DNA of 54,551 bases from Planctomycetota bacterium (GTDB lineage: Bacteria; Planctomycetota; GCA-002687715; DRQF01). Below the pieces are notes generated by a model. That model saw only the letters and a list, made by a program, of their open reading frames with translations, was not told the DNA's origin and searched no databases. Every line of letters starts with the position of its first letter. Positions within the stretch are counted from its first letter, which is position 1. Positions 48,965-54,551 of this stretch are shown piece by piece. The position numbers and the translations under genes were made by a program. The stretch is from the NCBI GenBank assembly GCA_027001995.1, contig JALTLO010000066.1:1-54551 (forward strand), in the 5' to 3' direction.

Positions 48965-48996
48965 CCGAGGCCATGAGCTTGTGCTGCTTGCGATTG

Positions 48997-49020
48997 GCAC
49001 AACGACCACAATCCTATGAA
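48997..49020 (+). repeat. Remnant of the MITE-like element right end
   Basis: GCACAACGACCACAATCCTATGAA versus element GCACAACGACCACGATCTCATGAA. Confidence 0.5.
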
Positions 49021-49949
49021 CAAGGCAGGTTCAGGATCTTGGCGGTTACAGGGCAGAGAGCGTGAGTGATGTCGGCAGGGAGGTCCTTCTGTTGACCGCT
49101 ACGAAAAAGGTGGGATGGTTTTCCTGACCGAGCTTCTTCAAAGCTTGAGAAGTAGCCGATGCGGCGGTTGAGAAGACGGTCTTGCAAGATCTCTCCGTCC
49201 AATGGGATAAGTGATTGGGTGTTCTCCAATGCAATGGGCCGAACACACTCGATGCCAAAGTCTTCGGCATTGAGGACGACACAAAGGTCGGGAGTCGTTT
49301 GGCGTGATCCGTCCAAGGCTTCTATGGTGATCTTGTCTGGTCCGGCCTCCCTACTCCAAGAAACATCATCACCTACTTTGGCTCCGAGCTTTTGGCACCA
49401 AAGTTCCTTGGCCAAAGCAAATTCTTGGTTTTCTGAGACACCAACCAGCGAATGAATGGTTTTTTGCCGAGGGTCATAGAACATGATCTCCTCCCCGGCC
49501 TCTCTTTTGATGAGTCCGTCTAAGTGGCTGAGCTCGGCAAGAGATGAACTGGCCCCATTGGCGATATTCCAACCCAAAGGGGCAATGTCCCGTTCAAAAA
49601 GCAGGTAGGTCTTTGTGGCAGAGGAGTCCAGTTTGGGGAGAACGCCGCCGCTGGCATGGCGCAAAACAAAGTCCCTAAACACGATCTTTTTGGTTACTCC
49701 GGATTCCAATTGGCGCAATCGCAGGCAGGCTTCTTCCATGGCTTCGCCTTCGGCATTGTTGAGCTTTTGGGCCACTTCTCGTCGCTGGGAGGCCGACGTT
49801 AACACTTGAAGCGTGCCTCTCAGCTTGATTTTGAAATGAAGGCCGCCCTTGCCCAAGGAGGTGAATTCGATCTCTGGGCACAATACCTGAAGAAACGAGC
49901 CTGGTGGTGCATGGCTAAGATCTTGGAGACTCTGAAAGAAAGGAGGCAT
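49014..49949 (-). CDS. Hypothetical protein, possible divergent Nudix-fold hydrolase
   Basis: Long ORF with AGGAG RBS; SGGVLP..YLLFER...WNIANGASSSLAE.......REAGEE resembles a Nudix box. Confidence 0.55.
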   Translation of the reverse strand: MPPFFQSLQDLSHAPPGSFLQVLCPEIEFTSLGKGGLHFKIKLRGTLQVLTSASQRREVAQKLNNAEGEAMEEACLRLRQLESGVTKKIVFRDFVLRHASGGVLPKLDSSATKTYLLFERDIAPLGWNIANGASSSLAELSHLDGLIKREAGEEIMFYDPRQKTIHSLVGVSENQEFALAKELWCQKLGAKVGDDVSWSREAGPDKITIEALDGSRQTTPDLCVVLNAEDFGIECVRPIALENTQSLIPLDGEILQDRLLNRRIGYFSSFEEARSGKPSHLFRSGQQKDLPADITHALCPVTAKILNLPCS

Positions 49950-49976
49950 GGGCGTTCTCCTGGGAGTAGAAGGGGG

Positions 49977-50684
49977 CTAACGCAATCGAATCAAGAATTT
50001 GAGATGGGAAAGGGCGGTGCGGAATACTTTCATTTTTGATTCCCCTTCTTGGCGCACACTCAGGGTGCTGGGGACCTCAACGACTCTGTATCCAGCTAAC
50101 AATGCCCGTACCAGAAATTCGGCTGTGGCCAAAAAGCCGTTGTGGCGATTTGCAATGGAACCTAAGAGTTCTGTTTTGTAAGCCCGGAATCCACAGGTGA
50201 CACAGGTGATGCCTGCTAATTTCTTGCCCAGTCTCAGTTTGTAACAGGCGTGGGCCAAGGCGCTGATCGATACCCGACCTTCTTGGGCCAGCTCCGTAGA
50301 TCCCTGGGGATGAAAAGGCGATGCCGTCACCACATCAGCCCCGGCGTCGATGGCATCCATCAGTCGATCAATATCCTTGATGGGATAGGTCATGTCAGCG
50401 TCGTAGGTGATAGTGACACGGGCCGTGGCGAATTTCATCCCGCATCTGAGAGCACCCCCGATTCCTTCTTGGGGATTGAGCCTCAGAACCTTGACAGGGA
50501 ATTGGGCTGTGCTTGCCCAGGTATGAGCGATGGCAAAAGTCTGATCGCTGGAGCCATCGTCCACCAAGATGACCTCAAACAAGCGGCGAGGTGCGAAATA
50601 GTCGTAAGATGCTGTCAACGTGGGAAGTAGACGCTTAAGGGCGTCTTCTTCTTGGTGCATGGGAATAATGATGCTGAAGTCCAC
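49977..50684 (-). CDS. GT2 glycosyltransferase (polyprenol-phosphate glycosyltransferase-like)
   Basis: SIIIP..QE, VILVDDGSSD, YDAD, GFRAY, R..GESK. Confidence 0.9.
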   Translation of the reverse strand: MDFSIIIPMHQEEDALKRLLPTLTASYDYFAPRRLFEVILVDDGSSDQTFAIAHTWASTAQFPVKVLRLNPQEGIGGALRCGMKFATARVTITYDADMTYPIKDIDRLMDAIDAGADVVTASPFHPQGSTELAQEGRVSISALAHACYKLRLGKKLAGITCVTCGFRAYKTELLGSIANRHNGFLATAEFLVRALLAGYRVVEVPSTLSVRQEGESKMKVFRTALSHLKFLIRLR

Positions 50685-50807
50685 AGCAGTTTATAACAGC
50701 CTCTGCTGAGCATGGGTAGGATGAAGCTGCTCATGGGTCGATCTCAGTTAATTGCGTCCGGGATCAAATGATGAAACAATGGCTGACCAAGTAAAAGGAG
50801 CCCTGCT

Positions 50808-52124
50808 GTGGCCACACCCCGAACATTTCGATTGCATGAGCTGGGCTGCAAGGTCAACCAATGGGAAGGCCAGTGGTTTCGCGAGGGTTTTCAGGCTTTG
50901 GGCCTCAAGGAGTCCGAAGGAGACGAAGAAGCCGATATTTACGTGGTGAACAGTTGCTCCGTGACTGAGTCCGGAGGCTCCAAGAGCCGGCATTCTGTTC
51001 GGCATTTTGTTCGTCGCAATCCTAAGGCAAAAGTACTTGTCACCGGTTGCTACGCAGAGTCGGATCGGGAAACCGTGGAAGCCTTGCCCCAAGTCGTGCG
51101 GGTCTTTGGCAACCAGGAAAAGGCCAACATCGTGCCTTGGGTTGCTCGAATTTTGATGGGAATGGATGGTGAACTTCCTGAGCTTCCCCAGGGAATCTCG
51201 GAATTCAAAGGCCACACCCGGGCCTTCGTGAAGATCCAAGATGGATGCCGGGACAATTGCAGTTTTTGCATTATTCCAAGTTTGCGGGGGGAGATTGTCA
51301 GTCGCCCTCAGAAAGAGATTGTTGAGGAAGTGGAGCGCTTGGTGGCATTTGGCCATCAAGAAGTGGTTTTGACGGGTGTTCATCTGGGTTACTTCGGCTG
51401 GGAACGAGGCCAGGAGAATGCTGTTTTTGATCTCCTCAAGGCTTTGGCTCAGGTGCCTGGGCTGAAGCGCCTGAAGCTCTCGAGCATAGAAGTTCATGAG
51501 ATCACCCAAGAACTAGTGGATCTTTTTGCCGAAAACGAGATCTTCGTCCCTCATTTTCACTTGCCACTCCAAGCGGGGAGTGATCTCACATTGCGTCTGA
51601 TGAGGCGTAAGTACAGTGTTGGCCGTTTTCGAGAGGCTGTGGCCATGCTCCGGGCCAGTTTAGATAATCCCGCTATCACCACGGACTTAATCGTCGGCCA
51701 TCCTGGGGAAACACAGCAGGCATTCGAAGAGTCCATGGCGTTTTGTCAAGAAATGAACTTCGCCAAGATGCACATATTCCCCTACAGCCCGCGAAAAGGC
51801 ACACCTGCGGCGGTTATGCCTGATTTTGTCCAAGACGCTGAAATCTCCAGACGCAAGAAAATTGCTGCGGATTTGGACGATGCCATGGCCTTAGGTTTCC
51901 GGGAAGGCTTCTTGGGGGCCTGCGTTCCTGTGTTGGTGGAAGATCGGGCCCAGCTGGTGGGGGAGACTTTGACTGGTCTCAGTGATCGTTTTCTCCGGGT
52001 TCATTTTGAAGGTGAGCATGCATTGGTGAATCAAATCGTCCCCGTGCGCATAGAGACTGTCGACGGCGATCGAGTCACGGGGACTTGGATCCAGGACGAA
52101 GACTCACCCATTGAGGTCTCATGA
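50808..52124 (+). CDS. mtaB: tRNA threonylcarbamoyladenosine methylthiotransferase
   Basis: LGCKVNQ, VNSCSVT, TGCYA, RAFVKIQDGC...CSFCIIP, H.FPYS.R.GT. Confidence 0.93.
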   Translation: MATPRTFRLHELGCKVNQWEGQWFREGFQALGLKESEGDEEADIYVVNSCSVTESGGSKSRHSVRHFVRRNPKAKVLVTGCYAESDRETVEALPQVVRVFGNQEKANIVPWVARILMGMDGELPELPQGISEFKGHTRAFVKIQDGCRDNCSFCIIPSLRGEIVSRPQKEIVEEVERLVAFGHQEVVLTGVHLGYFGWERGQENAVFDLLKALAQVPGLKRLKLSSIEVHEITQELVDLFAENEIFVPHFHLPLQAGSDLTLRLMRRKYSVGRFREAVAMLRASLDNPAITTDLIVGHPGETQQAFEESMAFCQEMNFAKMHIFPYSPRKGTPAAVMPDFVQDAEISRRKKIAADLDDAMALGFREGFLGACVPVLVEDRAQLVGETLTGLSDRFLRVHFEGEHALVNQIVPVRIETVDGDRVTGTWIQDEDSPIEVS

Positions 52125-52897
52125 GCAACCACGGGGAACTGGACTATAACTTGGCCCGAGCCATCCAGCTCTCCATAGAGCTTGAGTCGGTTTTTGGCAT
52201 TGATCAACTGCCCAAAGGAGATCGATTCTCCGAGATTGCTGAATCTGCCCAGGAAAGCAGGGGGAGGGGGAGCGCCACAGATGTCTCTCAGTCTTCCCAA
52301 GGCATGAACAACCCCGGGGCAGCCAATGGCCTCGGCCAGGGGACGAAATCCCGTACTTTGGCAGAAATGGCGGAAGAAATGGCCGCTTGTCGTGCCTGTG
52401 AGTTGTGCGATTCCCGCAATCTGGTGGTTTTTGGTCAGGGAAATCCCCAAGCTCGCCTGATGTTCATCCACGATGGGCCCAATGTTGAAGAAGATGCCTC
52501 TGGAGCTTCTTACGGCGGTGAAGAAGGCCAGTTGATGGCAAAAATGATTGCCGCCATGAAATTGACTCCTGCAGATGTCTACATGACGAGCGTCCTTAAA
52601 TGCCGTCCTGGAGGAGGAGAAGCTGATTTGCTTCCTTTTGTTGAGATTTGCTCAACTTTTCTTCGGGAACAAATCGCCTCGGTGTCGCCGGAGATCATTT
52701 GCACCCTGGGACCTATGGCTTTTTCAGTCCTGAGAGGGCATGGGGGCAATTTGGAGGTCTTGCACGGCCAAGAGTTCCACTTCGGGAATGTACCTGTGAT
52801 TCCGACTTTTGCACCCCAATTTCTCTTGGCAAACCCTCAGGCCAAGAAGCCCGCTTGGCAAGATTTGCAAACGGTCATGGCATTTCTTGGCCTTTGA
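52121..52897 (+). CDS. Family-4 uracil-DNA glycosylase-like Fe-S protein with degenerate active site
   Basis: C..C.LC..R..VVFG.GNP.A.LMF and KCRP present, but GEGPG is HDGPN and HP is AP. Confidence 0.85.
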   Translation: MSNHGELDYNLARAIQLSIELESVFGIDQLPKGDRFSEIAESAQESRGRGSATDVSQSSQGMNNPGAANGLGQGTKSRTLAEMAEEMAACRACELCDSRNLVVFGQGNPQARLMFIHDGPNVEEDASGASYGGEEGQLMAKMIAAMKLTPADVYMTSVLKCRPGGGEADLLPFVEICSTFLREQIASVSPEIICTLGPMAFSVLRGHGGNLEVLHGQEFHFGNVPVIPTFAPQFLLANPQAKKPAWQDLQTVMAFLGL

Positions 52898-52951
52898 ACA
52901 ATCTTGTTGCCAATAAATGGGCTCACATTCCGGTTTCAATCCCTGTGAACC

Positions 52952-52981
52952 TTGACCAAGAGTCCTCTTCGGGACTATATT
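52952..52981 (+). promoter_or_regulatory. Putative sigma70 promoter of pilM
   Basis: TTGACC-N18-TATATT. Confidence 0.45.
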
Positions 52982-53056
52982 CCCATCACAAGCCGATGCG
53001 CTGCTGAGGTGTATGGTGAAGTGTCGTTTGACGACGAGAAGAAGGGATGGCGCAGT

Positions 53057-54551
53057 ATGGCCGAATTTCCCGCTTGGGGAATCCATGTCACGACGACCTC
53101 AATCCGAGGAGTCAAAATCGAAGAAGTCGGGGGCGAGTTTGAAATCGTCGCTCACGACCAGTTCGATTTCGTTGAGGACATCGAAGAGCTCAATAGCTTA
53201 GAGAACGCCGGGGCAATGCTTCATGCATTGGCTGTGTTCGCCAAGAAACATGACATGGCTCGCTGCCGTGTTTTTATCTCCATTGATTCTGCAACCGCGT
53301 TCAACCGTTTCGTTACAGCACCTGTGGTGCAGGGCGAAGAATTGATGCGAATCTTGGCCTACGAAGGGCAGCAGCACATTCCCTTCGATTTGGATACGGT
53401 TTATTGGGACCACAAAGTCCTTGACGTGCGCCAAGAAGAGGGCGAAGTGGATGTCCTTCTGTTCGCCATCAAGAAGGACGTGGTCGAAGAACGTTTGCGG
53501 CGTTTGGAGAAGGTGCGTTTTCCTGTGGATGGAGCCCAGTTGGCCCCCATTGCTCTCTACAACATGGCCGTCGCTGAGCGTTTGGTTTCGAGCGGTCAAT
53601 TGATTGCGTCTGTGGATGCTGATCGTGTTGATCTTCTGCTTTGTCACGGAAAAAAACTGTGGTTCCGAACACTTCCCATGGGTTTCCATGAGATTTTTGC
53701 TGACATCTGTGAGGCCTATGGCGTTAAGCATCGAGGGGCAGTCAAAATTCTGAGAGGTGAGATGGCGGTAGACGATGATCTACCCCTGCGAAAATTGAGA
53801 CGGAAACACGCCGCCCGTCTTACCAAGGAAGTAGCCCGGATGGCAGCCTATTTCGGCGGTGCTATCGAAGGGGTGGCTTTGGAGTCCATCCTCCTTGTTC
53901 CTGCCAGCCCATGCACTCCCCCGATGAAGAAACTTTTGGCCGAAGAGACGGGGCTGGAAGTGAACGTCATGAAGTCGTTCCGCCATCTTCCAGTGGCCAT
54001 GCCAGAGGTGAGCCCCCATTTGCCTGGTTTGGGCCATGCTGTGGGGCTAGCTTTGCAGGGAGTTGGGGCCAGCGACATAGACATCAAACTCTATCCTCCA
54101 GAATTGGAACGGATCATCGCTGGACGCCGAGTCTTCTACGTTCTAAGCGTTCTCTTGTGCTTTGTGGCGGTGGCCGCCATGTGGATGATGTTGGATTCCG
54201 CTGGGGCTGAAGTTTCTCATACCCAAGAGCGCCTCTCTAAGTCCATCGTTGACATGGACGGATTCAAAAAGGACTTCGACAGTAAGCGCAAGGAACGTCA
54301 GCTCAAAGACGAGGTCTTGCCCTTCCATGAAGCAGGCAAGAATCGTGTTGTGGTTGTCGACGCTCTGACTGTTGTGCTCCAAGCCATTGCCAAAGCCAAT
54401 GAAAACGATCAATCGCCCCATTGGGTTGTGGTCCGGCTGGCGACAAAGATTCCCGCCGCCAAGGATGGGGTGGAAGTTTCCCAGTTGGCTCGGCGAATTG
54501 AGTTGGTTGTGGGGGCTGTCGACACTGGAGACCAGGAGGCGATGAAAAAGC
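53057..54551 (+). CDS. pilM: Type IV pilus assembly PilM-like protein fused to a PilN-like TM/periplasmic part; 3'-partial
   Basis: Hand translation open to the window end: MAEFPAWGIHV..., YE.QQHIPFDLD.VYWD, LLFAIKK, QLAPIALYN, AVGLALQG, I.LYP then a TM helix. Confidence 0.85.
   Translation, partial: MAEFPAWGIHVTTTSIRGVKIEEVGGEFEIVAHDQFDFVEDIEELNSLENAGAMLHALAVFAKKHDMARCRVFISIDSATAFNRFVTAPVVQGEELMRILAYEGQQHIPFDLDTVYWDHKVLDVRQEEGEVDVLLFAIKKDVVEERLRRLEKVRFPVDGAQLAPIALYNMAVAERLVSSGQLIASVDADRVDLLLCHGKKLWFRTLPMGFHEIFADICEAYGVKHRGAVKILRGEMAVDDDLPLRKLRRKHAARLTKEVARMAAYFGGAIEGVALESILLVPASPCTPPMKKLLAEETGLEVNVMKSFRHLPVAMPEVSPHLPGLGHAVGLALQGVGASDIDIKLYPPELERIIAGRRVFYVLSVLLCFVAVAAMWMMLDSAGAEVSHTQERLSKSIVDMDGFKKDFDSKRKERQLKDEVLPFHEAGKNRVVVVDALTVVLQAIAKANENDQSPHWVVVRLATKIPAAKDGVEVSQLARRIELVVGAVDTGDQEAMKK

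Noticed and set aside
50740-50762. Weak likeness to the MITE right end (CGATCTCAGTTAATTGCGTCCGG)
   Set aside because: Needs several gaps and mismatches; could be chance
53013-54421. Cluster of short ORFs at the right end of the ORF track
   Set aside because: Explained by the single pilM-like frame starting at 53057, which has no stop inside the window

Overview
Bacterial chromosomal window, most likely from an uncultured Planctomycetota lineage (inferred from the PilM-PilN fusion type, planctomycete-style FtsQ, SO2930-like cytochrome and FG-GAP/Kelch secreted proteins). It is mostly housekeeping: dnaE, upp, a reduced dcw cluster (mraZ-rsmH-ftsL-ftsI-murE-murF-ftsW-[LysM]-[GT-C]-murC-murB-[80-aa orphan]-ftsQ; no mraY, murD, murG, ddl, ftsA or ftsZ), rplM-rpsI, comEC, an NtrY-like kinase, metG, coaD, ridA, an Opp-type ABC system with four ATPase genes, secreted repeat proteins, a GT2, mtaB, a degenerate family-4 UDG, and a pilM-pilN fusion that runs off the right edge and is absent from the ORF track. 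The main non-coding finding is a 268-bp MITE-like element in two full copies (about 88% identical, imperfect 27-bp TIRs, YTAG-type flanks, nested internal inverted repeats) plus three end-fragments. Other leads are unknown genes occupying the slots of missing division genes, several probable pseudoenzymes, a possible shared C-terminal sorting domain on secreted proteins, and several apparently leaderless genes. No rRNA, tRNA, CRISPR or transposase was recognised. All calls come from reading the sequence; no database search was run.
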